A stretch of DNA of 64,000 bases, from assembly GCF_964204645.1 (NCBI RefSeq), contig NW_027437472.1:5382-69381 (forward strand). Reading direction: 5' to 3'. The notes below the pieces were generated by a model, which did no database searches, had not been told where the DNA came from, and saw only the letters and a program-made list of their open reading frames with translations. This DNA comes from Tubulanus polymorphus (taxonomy: Eukaryota; Animalia; Nemertea). The translations under genes and the position numbers were made by a program. This document shows positions 35,798 through 47,910 of this stretch, in pieces; within the stretch, counting starts at the first letter, position 1; every line of letters begins with the position of its first letter.

Positions 35798-38700
35798 ATG
35801 GCTGAACTTTTATCTTCACTAGTCTTAAACAATGATGAACTAGTCCCTACTACTGCAATTTATTATTGGGGTTTAAATCAGCAATTGACGTCAATGAATT
35901 CTACTTTGTGAAAAACACGTAAATTATGAGAAATCTGCTCTGAAATGTTTTGCTTTCTTCACTTTGTTTCAGCCATACTACATCTCGGAAAAATTGGCCT
36001 GAAGAAGACACTCACAAGTAGATGAATACTGATCGACCCATTTGCTGATGAAAACTGCAGAAGCCCAGATGAAAAGTTGAGGAACCAGCAACGGATTTAT
36101 CACTCAATGATGGATTCTTCTACAATAGGCGGTTGATTTCTATAAAACATTAAATATCAGGTGCAGCAGAGACAATAGTGAATCTTATAAACACTGATTC
36201 AAGCGACAAAGCTAATGGATTATCTCATAAACACTGATTCAGGATAAACACTGTTTTAAAAGCAGCAAAGACTATACTATCTTATTAGGAGCAGCATAGA
36301 TAATAGTGCATGTTAAACACTGAAATGCAGGAGCGGCGAGACAATGGCGGACTTCTGTAGTAATGTATTGATTTTTTTGCTTACCACCTTTTTCAAACCA
36401 GTCTGATTGATGATATAGTGTTTTCAAGGAAACTATTTGATAATGTTTATGCAATGTGAGAGTCGAATAAAAGCTAAGCTCCATTAATTCAAGATATTGG
36501 TCTTCGATCGATGGTTGATAGATAAGTCAAGTTAAGTTAGTCACTAGGGGTAAATGGTCGTGTTGAGTGCCTAGTTTTGACATGTAGGTCGGTTGAGTTA
36601 ACTCCTAAACTGAGATATAGTTTCAACATGAATTATGAGTTTAATCTTCCAACTTACCATAGTTAATCATAGTCAACTGTGGCTATTTGTCCGTGTAGAT
36701 ATCACATAGTTAGGAAACATAGAACATAACATTAGGCCAGTGTTGATGTACAACTCTTAACTATTTGCTGAATTGTAGATGTACAAATTTGATGGCATTG
36801 ATATTTTTGAAGGTAACCATTTTGAAAAATATGAAACGAATCGTAGATTTCGATTTAAGCCTCCATCAATCTGTTTGATGATCATATCTACGTACTTGAA
36901 AACTAAAGCTTTATCTGAAAGGAGACCATTATTTACATTTGAGAGGTAAAGCTAGGAATAACAAGGCATAAAGTTATAGCTAGGACCAATTTTTAACGTT
37001 TTAACATTGTTTATAGCTGTTTGAACTTCTTTTATTGTAATGGGTAAATCTATATCACGAGATGGCTCTCGTGAATAATCACTTAGCTTCAAATCGGGTG
37101 TATAATGATTAAGGAGTGGCAGTGAATCAGTAGCGCTTTCTTAAAATGGGCCCAGAACTTTACAGTGAAAAAATACCTGTAGTTGTAAATAGAGGAGTAT
37201 AAATAGTACATAACTACAAACTACAAGTACATAAATTAAGTCTAAAAAATAAAAAAACCAATAAATAATAAATAGAATAAACAACAATACAAGCAAACAT
37301 ACAAACAAACAACAAATTTATATTCTATTTACATGAAAAGGCATTTTTTCAAATATTTATCAACAAGGTTCTTCATTTATCGAACAACCTTCCCTAAGTA
37401 TAGCGAAAACCCGAGATCTTTTCTGTTTCAAAGCATCTAGCAACTCAGTTATTGTAATGAACAAAACAAATAACCATTAACCTTAACTAAATCGAAAACA
37501 TTTAAAAAAATAACTGATATGATAGAATGCTTTGAATAACTGTGATGAAAGATCGACCCGTCCTTTCAACTAGCCGCGCTCAATCACTGCTGTGACTGTA
37601 CATGGGTAAACTTACTATCTAAAATCTGGTACATACATTTTGCTTTTTAGAAAGAATTTAAAACAGCTATAAACTTAAGTTATTGATGTTATTGATTAGT
37701 TACCGATTGTATAATTATGTTGAAGCTGCCAGGAAAAACGTCAGAATACTTAGTATGTAATGTCAAGGTGTTTGGAAATCTTTGAGACAAGGCAAAGTTG
37801 GCAAAATTCTAGTTTTCTAGTGAAATTAATGATTAATTGATACTAAGAGTTCCAGAGTGAATCTGAGTTTCTCATCTCTAGTTTTAATGCTTTTATGTTG
37901 GAGACTGTTATTGTAACACAGTTCGCGTGTTTGTAAATTAGGAACTTGCATGACGATTCCTCGGTTAAGATATTATTGTTGCGTGAATAAAACGATGTAC
38001 ATTTTCATCATTCATGTTAAAACTTTTCAGTTGTTAAGTTTTATAGCAAAAATTTCACTTTGGTGCTTTTCAGTGGTTCATAAAATACTGATCGAATAGC
38101 GAGAGCATAGAATAATTGTCCTTAGACTAAGACTTATTAATTGATACCAAGATTTCCAGAGTGAATCTGAGTGTCTCATCTCTAGTTTTAATGCTTTTAT
38201 GCTGGAGACTGTTATTGTAACACAGTTTGCATGTTTGGAAATTAGGAACTTGCATGATGATTCCTCAATTAAGATATCAGTGTTGTGTGAATAAAACGAT
38301 GTACATTTTCATCATTGTGTTGAAACATTTCAGTTGGTAAGTTTTATAGCAACAATTCCACTGTGGTGCTTTTCAGTGGTTCATAAAATACTGATTTAAT
38401 TAAGGGCCTGTCGAAAATAGCAGCAGTTTCTTTGAGGATACAGTGCTTATTGGTCAATTGTCCTAGCTTTGTTTTGATTATCAGTTTAACCGCGTCTGTG
38501 TGGGGCCTGTAATATCTGGACAAGAAGAATTTCTGATCTTTATATAGAGTTGTATTCATATCTACTATCAAGTTGAATAAAACAATTAAGAAGTTACTGC
38601 AGCTTCGTCAATCAAACCATATTTATTTGAAAATACTTGATTTATCTTAAATTTTCACGAAGAAAAACCTTTATAATAGTTTGCTGGGTTTGATCTGAGG

Positions 38701-39783
38701 AATAAATGCCACTTGACCTTGGGGCAAGCATATTTGTAATATCACTTGCCCCCTCAAAAATCAAATTGCTCTACATGAATAGTCCGATTGTGACACAATA
38801 ATCCCTTGCATCGAGTGGGATAGAAGCTTTGAGACATAGAATTCCACAAGCCCGGTGGATGAGTGATTATGATAACCTTCATGCCCTAATGAAAATATAC
38901 TTGTCCCGGGCAATTTGACTAGTGTTTAAATCAGACCCTGCTTTGTTTCAAATGTAAAATTTGTGAAAAAGTAGTTGATAATGTTTGAAGAAATCTCGTA
39001 AAGACGAGGAAAATTTGGCAATGTTTTTAGTTTTCTAGTGATAACTAAGATTAATAAGTTAACCTTACGCTTTCCATGTTTTTTCTTGATAATTAAGATG
39101 TCCTCAATCTCGATGTCATTTGAAAAGTTGACGATGATAGATTCATATTTCATGAAATATAACAAAGTGTCGGTTATATTGACCTCATGAATTGTCAAAT
39201 TCATAATCTTAGACTTTCAGACTAGTCCTTTTTTCGGTGTTTTATGGATCAAAGTTTACAACTCTTTGTGTATTTTTGTTATTTTTCCATTGATGCAAAT
39301 TGTATGAATCAGCTGTAGTGGAAATGGATCATATACAAAGACTTATAAATACCTTACATGTAACTTTTGTGATTTTAAAGTTAGTACAATATCATACATA
39401 GTAAGAGAAATAGAATTGCTATTAAAATTTGAGAAAATAAGCTATAAGTTAATAATTTGATATATGAAAATAAAATGATGTAAAGAATGTAAATCAGATT
39501 GGTTAATCCTACACTTTCCAGAGTATTTGGCCAGGTTTATATCTGATTTTAGTGCAGGGAGCCATGGACTCTCACAGTTAAGAGTCCATGGTTGTGGGCC
39601 ATAGACGTTTCTGTTTTAGAGTCTATGGTTGGACCTTCGAGCAATTATCTATTTAAGATAATTGCTCGTAGGTTGGACCATGGATGTATAAACTATAGTT
39701 TATTGTTTATACGACCACGATTGGATCGTTTTTTAAATCAGTCCACGTGTTTGAGGAACTTACATTATAATTCCTCGAGCACA
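35798..39783 (+). repeat. ~3-kb dispersed repeat, copy 2, with an internal ~300-bp tandem duplication and an extra ~0.9-kb segment
   Basis: Colinear with 13835-16853. Segment TTCCAGAGTGAATCTGAG...CATAAAATACTGAT occurs twice (~37850-38092 and ~38154-38395). 38810-39675 has no counterpart in copy 1. Confidence 0.85.
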
Positions 39784-39991
39784 CCTGGCTTGCATTCCGG
39801 GGATGCCTGGGTTCGAATTCTAGCGATAATGTGAAAATCGTGGCAGTTAGAACGACAGTCCCGACTAATTGGAAACGAGGTAAATATTTTCGATTATTAA
39901 ATATAAACCTATTGTTTCATATACATTTTTATTTCCTCCTTTCTTTGAGGAATTAATCAACACGTGATTGTGGTGCAATATCAAGAAAGTT

Positions 39992-40623
39992 CTAGGACAC
40001 ATCTCCTGAGCAGACTTTGGAGAATGTATCACAAAAACCCCGAGCCACTCTCTCTTCTCCATCTTGCTCTTCAGCTACAGCCTTCGCCCAGACTGACGCC
40101 ATTATCGCAATAATCGGTAAAACCAATTTTACAAGTCCACCTACAAGTAAAATTAACACGTACACGAGACGGTATGGCAACGTGCAAACGTTACATCTAA
40201 TTCCATATTTCCGGTTTCCAAAATGTTTCCATCCTCGAAATATAACAATTTGATCAGTACCATATTTTCTTAAATCAATGAAAAATTACCTAATGACGAC
40301 CGAGTTAAACACAATTTCTTCGAGATTCTTAAATGCATCGTGTTCTTTGAATCATATATACATATCCCTGTATATTCACCCGACTTAAAAGAGGACATCG
40401 CATTTGACGTGCGGTTATATATTTGAAATCCTTGACCTGTCGCGAAGTAATTTCGGGGATGGTTTCGAAGTCGCGCAGAGATACACACAGAACAAGGATC
40501 ATCTACTTTCTGATTGTTAGGAATTTTTTACAATCTGTGAAACCAGAGATCTAGTGGGGAGAATATTATGTCTTCCAGAAAAGTAAAATCAAAAAGAGTA
40601 ATTAGTCCATACTTACCTATCAT
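39992..40623 (-). CDS. 51-aa secreted peptide precursor (signal peptide + acidic propeptide + RVAR + GFCDTFSKVCSGDVS)
   Basis: Coding exons 40617-40623 (GCAAAATGATAG|GTAAGT) and 39992-40140 (TTTTACTTGTAG|GT...TAG) join in phase 1 to give MIGGLVKLVLPIIAIMASVWAKAVAEEQDGEERVARGFCDTFSKVCSGDVS*. The exon-2 acceptor is at 40684-40686; the non-coding exon 1 donor AAAG|GTAAGT is at 41120; TATA-like CATAAAA lies at 41185-41191; AATAAA lies at 39928-39933. Confidence 0.75.
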
Positions 40624-42224
40624 TTTGCTTGAATAAACGAAAACAGACAAATTTTCTGCACGGATAAAACCAATTTTCAGCGTCTGCAATGATTCAAAAC
40701 AACATGTACATTATAATGCTAATATTCTTGTATTTCCTACAATCTGTTGGATAAAATAATCTCTGAAATATATCTAAAGGATTGTGAATGTGGATATCGC
40801 CTTGTCAATAGGTATGTAATTATCTAAGACTCTCTCTTCAGGTGATTGCTTGGACAGAAATGTATTGAACTGTCCTTTGAATGTTCTTCTTCTTTTGTTT
40901 GTATGCTTATGTTTAAATCATTATTGATGCGATTAAAATAAATTCGTTCAATGCTGCGATAAAGTCAATACCACGGAGGGGCTGGAGCAGAGAAGTCCAC
41001 ACGATGGATGCAAATGTTCCAGAATCACACGTCCACCAAATGTACACACAACCAAATTGTAAACCACCATCAGATTATTAGATTCTACATTACTACTCAC
41101 TCTATAACCGCCACACTTACCTTTATGGTTAGTTTTCTCCTCTAATACGCGTTGCTCGCTTTGCAGATTCCATCAATATGAGGCATTTTATGCGAAAATT
41201 CGTCAATATGAAGTAAGCATCAGGAGTGAATACTGTTTGTTCACCTATTCACGAGAGTGATTCATGGGGTTACAAATTTCAGTTTTGCGGAGGTCCAGTA
41301 GAGACAGGTGGTGAAATAAAACTCGTTCAGTAAATACTATCTATTTTTTCACTCCTCCAACGCGTTCGTTTTGTTTGACTATTTTGCTCCTCGATGAAAA
41401 TCATCAATATTCACTGTCACTTGGGCGACAGGTGATTTTTCTATTGTTCAGGCATTCGCAGCAATACTAGATTTCTGTCGGTGTAGTTTTAAGTTAAGAA
41501 TATAGGATGGACAGTGTACTGCAGGAAAAGAAGATTAATTTTGAAACTACTGTTTGAAACCAGGGGCTGGAATATCCGCACTGGGAGTAATAAATCATAT
41601 CTTATTCAAACTTGATTATTTGATCATCGCAGTGGCGGATTACCAGTTTTACGACGTAGAAAAAACACGTCAATTCATTAGAAAAATGGGACCTGCTTTA
41701 ATATGTTTACGGCTCGACACTGCTTTTGTAACGGTGATTCATCAAAACACGGATGGAGTAGGTCTCAAGGATAGTCTACGGATGGTATCGGACAAAGCAG
41801 CAAAGCTATTTAGGTAAGGAAGACTATGCACTATGCACCGAAAATAGTGTGGAAAAAGATGATATATGATGTAATAATAAATATTATGACGTAATGATAA
41901 TAATCACGAAAATACCATCAGGGCTTTCTGCGAAGTAACAAAAAACCCTAATAATAAGGAAAACGCTTTTGAAGGGAAAAATGATTCCATCGATTGTTTA
42001 CGCCATCGTTATCCCGAAAATTACCACGGATTGCTCTAAAACGTGAATAAAAAAAGACGGTTAATAAAATCTGAAAATTGTAGAAATTCCACCAGCTTGT
42101 CGGATTATTGAGAGAAAAAAGTAACATTTTTAGATGAAACATTATTATATTTGATGTAATAGTCACATATATATGTAATGATTATTAATGCCGTAATCGA
42201 TTGAATAGAGACTTCATCTCTGTC

Positions 42225-45200
42225 CTAGTTGATATACACGTACACATACGGGGATGGTCGACTCCAACCTTTCTTGCTCATTGCGGCTCCCTGTTGAAAA
42301 AGCAATACAATGCTAATAACTTCAGTGAAAACAATTGGTGTTTTGTAACAAATAAATTATGAATTGTAGAAAATAACGTTATGGGCTGCTTGTGAATACT
42401 GACCTGGCATCCGTACCAGGTCGAAGGCTTAAGATCGTAGATCAATTTGTCCTTATTGGACGATTTGATATTCCAGGACGATTTGCTTGCCCTCAGTGGT
42501 TGAACATTTTCATCAGTAGTTTCACCGCACTGCGCCGCGTACTTTAAAACTTTGCCGCCTCCCTCTTGTTGGTCATATTCGACCAATAAGTGCGAACCAG
42601 ATCGTGTTTTCAAACTCACTTGTTTCAAGGTTATCGTAACTTGTAGACGAACTTGACAAAAAGATGTGAACATATTCAGATATTTTTAATTCGATTAATA
42701 AAGTTTCAACCAATTCCTCGGAGACTCACCTGCTTCGTCTGTCGTGAATTCTGTCTTCTTCGATTCTTGGCTTTTTCCAACTTCGTTCATCCAGGCGTAG
42801 CTCATCATATAAGTCGTGTATGGTTTCAGGCCCTTTAGACTTATGAATGTGCGCATTGTGATGTTTTCTCGGGCCACCTCACCAGTGCTCTTCTCGTAAA
42901 GTTTGTAGTAGAATCCATCGAAGATACCATTTCTATTATTGCACGGTATGTTATAGAAGTTAACTCCAGCAGAAGTCTCTTTCCGGAACAATGTCACGGC
43001 AACCTTGTATGGAGTGACCTTCGGTGGTTTGGGGGAACCGACAGGATCTGTGAGTTTAGTAAAAGCCATAGAAAATTGGGTACTTTCTCACTACATAACT
43101 TTTGTAACAAGTTTGACTATTCGTAATGTAAGGATAAATTGGAACACTGCATGTTATTTTTTGGAAGTTACCTGACTGCGACGTAGTTATCCGTTTAGTG
43201 ACATATTGACGGCGTATTGCGCCTTCACCGAGCTGAACTGGTAGAATTCCCATATCATACGTAGAATGAGGCGACAACTCCACGAATTCCATGTCGGTGT
43301 TGTTGGTGGGGAAGGGGGAAATCTGCCATCCTTTACCTGACTGGATTGCTGGACAACCTATCCGTTGGCGTAACTTGTATTTACCATGGAATTCGAATTT
43401 CAGGTGTTTTAGTGGTCCCGGGATTTTCCATGTCACGTTGACACGACCGGAGGACGTATCCATTGCAGATATATCGGACACTAAACAAATAAGACGGGAA
43501 TTCAATTATTCGATGGGTCGTTTTTCAGAGAGGTTTATGAGTTACCTGCTGAAGGCTAATAAAACAACAATTGCATTTCAGATTTAGATGTTTTCATTGT
43601 AAATGTGAAATGAAATGAATTCACTGTACCTCCATCCCCGGCTATTACTTCAATACTATCGCCGAACACATATCTTTTATTGCCTTTATTTTTCACGCCC
43701 ATTCTTATGCGATATCTGGTATACGGTTTCATATCAGGACGATTGGAAGTACTAAACATCGTCCATTCTGAATCTGGACTGTCTGCTAATTTATAGTAGA
43801 ATGAATAGGAAGCCATGTATTTATTATGGCAATTGAGTTCATCTTTGTCAAGTTTCTACAAGGAAAAAGTGAAAATGAATCTGCGCATTAGCATTCAGCT
43901 GGTTATAAGTATTGTGTCACATCAATGCTTATATACGGGGCTAATACCACATAATACGGTGTGAGTCGATACATCTTTGAACTAGTTGCGCCCACTCCTT
44001 GAATCAAATGCGAGATACGAGGCCCAACCGCCGGTTCTGCAAAGAAGCGTAAATACTCCAAAGAATTATTTTTCAAAATTGGACTTTTGCACTTGTAAAT
44101 GTGTCACTAAGATTATGAGCAAAACAGCAGCACGAAGTCTTGGCATGATTGGTGCAATAAAAATGACCTAATCAAAATTATAATTTCTTTTTAAGCAATA
44201 CGTACCATCACAGCCAGTATAAACTTTACTGATTCGGCTCAGCAATGAAGAAATTAAATTCGTCTCAAGCTTCTTTAATTTGACCGCAACTTCGTATCCA
44301 GTATTCGTTTCTAAACCGGTTATATTCTGCAATATCTTCCTTCCTTCTATTCGAAATGATGACGGTGCCGTTGTCCAGTCGATAGTGCCCAATTTTCTGT
44401 AAACCAGTATATACGCCACTCTATTACGCGTCCTACCAGAATCTGGCGCTTTGGTGATGGAGTCTTCGTGCCACAAAACGGATACTTCGTGGCGTGATTT
44501 GACCTCAAATCTGAACCAATAATCCGCTTTGAACGCTGAAAAGAAACATTTATTTCCAAAATCACGTCCGAAATAGTAAGGAGTTTTAGCATCACGAGTC
44601 TACATGCTTTTTTATTCTCAATAAATGTATCAATTTAATGCATAATTGAGGAAACTGGGAAACCTGAACCGAAGTATAATGATGAACATCTGATATACGT
44701 TTTTCACAGAATTTGCCAACTCGGTCAGCATTACAGCCACCAGGACAGAATCCGGTTATGTAGTCGACTGCGTTGTTTGGTACGTTTTGGTTACATCGGG
44801 ATCTCTCGATGCAGTTGAACGATTCAGGATTTTTGCACATGTCTATATCTAAAAGTCCGATCACGAAGAATAGTAAAAATCGGCTACTCGGTAGACGTGC
44901 GCTATTTTATTTTCGAATAATAGAACTAATGATTTGTAGTGTTCTTTTTTATTGCGGCTTTACTGGATAGCAAGTCCAGTTTGTTATTCATTATCAAATT
45001 GAGCCGTACCTATATACTTATAACCGATAGCTTCGATATCTAGAACGTCTAAAATAGTGGGTTGAGGGTTTGTCACTTGAACGGTAATGTATCGGCCTAC
45101 CATCGGGGTATCGCAATCACTTCTCCAGCCACCTCTTAACGGATTGCGCATCAAATTCTTACAAATCGCATTTTCACCGACTGTTGAACTGTTACCAACA

Positions 45201-47246
45201 CGCACCTCAATATTCCACTTTCTATTACCTGGAAACAAGTGTACAAAATTAATACCAGAAATTAGAGACAGGCCAATCAATTGAAGATCTTCTTCAAGAT
45301 AAAGCTTCACAGACTGAAATATTCTGACGGTGTCGGATTTTTAGAGATGCTCCATCCGATCCTTAACCAATTAGGAAATCTATTTTTTCAGAGCTAGAAA
45401 ACGTTGTTTCTGTTGATGACAGCAAGAAACTAATTAATAAAGTATCGTGAAAAAGATCATCTTTACATCATTAAACTTTCTCTTGAAAACTTACTCCGAC
45501 AGCAATTTTCCGGATCTTCCCTCGTGAACCAGATATTTACCGAACGGACGACGTGTTTAGAGCCGAGGTTTATTTTGATCCATGGGTTCAGTTCTAAGTT
45601 AGTAGCGCAACGGTCGTTCATCTCGCGGCCATCGGTACAGAAACGTGAGGGCTTTTGTCTATCAGTCGACGATAATGTCACATTTTTCGAGCCGGCGATA
45701 TTTCCTGCAGCACAATATTTAAAAAAAAACATCCAAACGTATTTTCGTGCATTTTATCGTGTAGGCCTATATGCCTTTTCAAAATTTTTCCGGTAATGGA
45801 ATTTTGTGATCGAAGTCCATCCAAAATAATAACATGCTGTGACTATCAAAACAGGGTTTCACAACAATAATTTGATTATATTTTCATGTCATTCTTTTCA
45901 AAATCTTTGAGCCAAAGAAGAATTTGCTGTACCACCTGCTACACGTTGAATCAAATATTCTACCGGTAATGTTGTTTAGAAAGTATTTAAGATTCCAATT
46001 CTTACCAGTCTGGCATGCCGGACCTGACCAGCCGGGATAGCAGCGCCCACTTTGACAATAGAGCTCATTTTCTTCCGACATTATAGGGCATATTATCTTG
46101 GGAGTAGGGCGATCAGGCCTATATCTACTACGACTTTCTTGGCAATGACATCTCCAGCCCGGACAACTCTTGCCAAAACAACTAGATTCTTATAAAAACG
46201 AAGCTTGATTCAAATTACACCGTATCCACTTGTTGAAATGCTTGGTAATCTGACAATTCAACATTCAACGCCCCCTGGTCAACGAATACGGAGATAATGA
46301 GTTTGAAACTCACCACCATCATAGCACATACCATGAGCTGTGATTTTACTGTAATTGTATTAACAATATATGCCTAGGTACCAATGCATATGGAAAAACC
46401 ATGTTATTCCGCAATTCAACGCCCCCCGATGAACATATACAAAAAAACCAATGACCCAGAAACTCATAATCGTCGAGCCTGTCATTGGCTAATTCCGTAA
46501 TTAATTATAGTATCAAAATATGCCTAGGTACCAATATTTTTGAAAATATCATGTTATTACATCAAGAAGATTAAATATAGCTGCAAAGGGTTTTCTGTCG
46601 TGCTATTTTAAATGCCAAAAAATAAAAGGTTTTAGGTTTAGCTGAAATCAGTCGTCGTCACTTCATAGAACGCGACTATTTTAGCGTTGCCACCTTGGTG
46701 TCGATATATGCACTAGATATGTGGATCAATATGGGCTACTAAGAAAAAAGTACTGATGTACCAAGTTAAGTAAAAAAGCTTTAACCAAATATCAAGACAA
46801 TCCATGGAAGCGTCTTCAAAACTTTCCAAAGTGACTGAATTACGTCTACGGAAGGACGAACGAACGAACGGACGACGGAATGAATAAAGATTGATAAAGA
46901 ATAATAAACGGACGAAAAGTGAACGCAACAATTAGCCCGCTGGGACTAAATTCACAAGTGGGCTAAAATCAGAAATGTGACCAACTCTTTTTTATAACTA
47001 TCATATATCAACTGCATCAGTGCATCGATACTAGGTAATCTATAACTTCTTAAATGTCTGATTAATCAATTGAATGAATCAAATGTTCATTACATATTCA
47101 TTCAGTACGACGTTTCCAAACCTTTACGCTGTTGCTTTTCTGTTAACTGTTATGTTGATCATGTTCATACCTTGTCCAGTCCCGAGTACGTCCGGCAAGA
47201 AAAACGTCGCCATTAGAAAACCATACCACCAGTAGTAGCCCTCCAT
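42225..47246 (-). CDS. Array gene A: secreted Cys-rich/F-type lectin (F5/8C)/EGF/5xFN3 protein, ~807 aa
   Basis: Exons 47171-47246 (signal MEGYYWWYGFLMATFFLPDVLG), 46006-46188 (C..GWSGPACQ), 45495-45704 and 45010-45228 (GNIA..K....SS...C.DG...PW..I.LG....V..V.I / IEVRVGNS...N..C...C..PM.GRYI), 44699-44848 (EGF-like), 44206-44535, 43948-44036, 43630-43855, 43172-43480, 42730-43047, 42404-42651, 42225-42290 (FN3 motifs GLETNTGYEV, MKPYTRY, LSPHSTY, GLKPYTTY, DLKPSTWY). All GT-AG and in frame (2424 nt); ends ...PSPYVYVYIN*. Confidence 0.88.
46210..46965 (+). mobile_element. Helentron/Helitron-associated-like non-autonomous insertion in intron 1 of gene A
   Basis: Absent from the equivalent intron of gene B (GCTTGATT|...|AAATCAGAAA nearly contiguous at ~51800-51822). 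Contains internal repeats TATGCCTAGGTACCAAT x2, a (CGAA/CGGA)n tract and a terminal hairpin TAGCCC..GGGCTA. Confidence 0.65.
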
Positions 47247-47910
47247 CGTTTCTATTGTGTAAATCGTGCCTTGTAGGTTTATGTCGGTATGTATGATTTA
47301 GCCCGATCAGTCTATATTTATTGTTACTTAACTTACGTCGTAAAAATTGTCTAATTGAAATATCAACAGATCGATGCGGTCGCTGTACCCAGTTACAGCC
47401 TGTAGAAAGGAAACCGTACGGAAATTCCAACTTATCCCTTGCAGGCGATTGTTATACAATGCAGTCCGAACGTTTCAACTTAAACATAACGCGAAGGAAG
47501 CTTTCATAAAAATATCATAAAAGTGACATCAATCATGGAAAAGCACCGGATGCAAAAAACTAAAGGAATAAACCGGGACATCTGCATGTTAAAAATAGAC
47601 TGACATATATATATTTTTTTTATTTTCTGCAAGAAAAATACAATAACTACATGTATTCATTTGCCATATCCGAATAGTAAAGTTTATATCAATCACAAAC
47701 GAATAAATACAAAACATTAATGTTAAGTTGTCTCAGAAACCAGGACGTAATAGATTTAACGAACATCCGCAGTGGAAATAATGCAAAATAAACGGTTCCA
47801 ATTAGTATATACACTATTATGTATTTTGATGTACACAGTAATTTGTACGTTTTCACCAAAAAAGCTAATTTGAGAAACGTTGCACATTTATATCATCAGT
47901 ATCGCCACTT

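Noticed and set aside
39785-39830. tRNA-like B-box GGTTCGAATTC (similar boxes near 12934 and 18805)
   Set aside because: No cloverleaf or acceptor stem; at most SINE remnants, so no tRNA gene is called.
39992-40140. Hydrophobic exon as the missing transmembrane exon of array gene A
   Set aside because: Gene A has an in-frame stop at 42225 shared by all paralogues, and this exon has its own ATG exon, upstream exon and TATA-like box.
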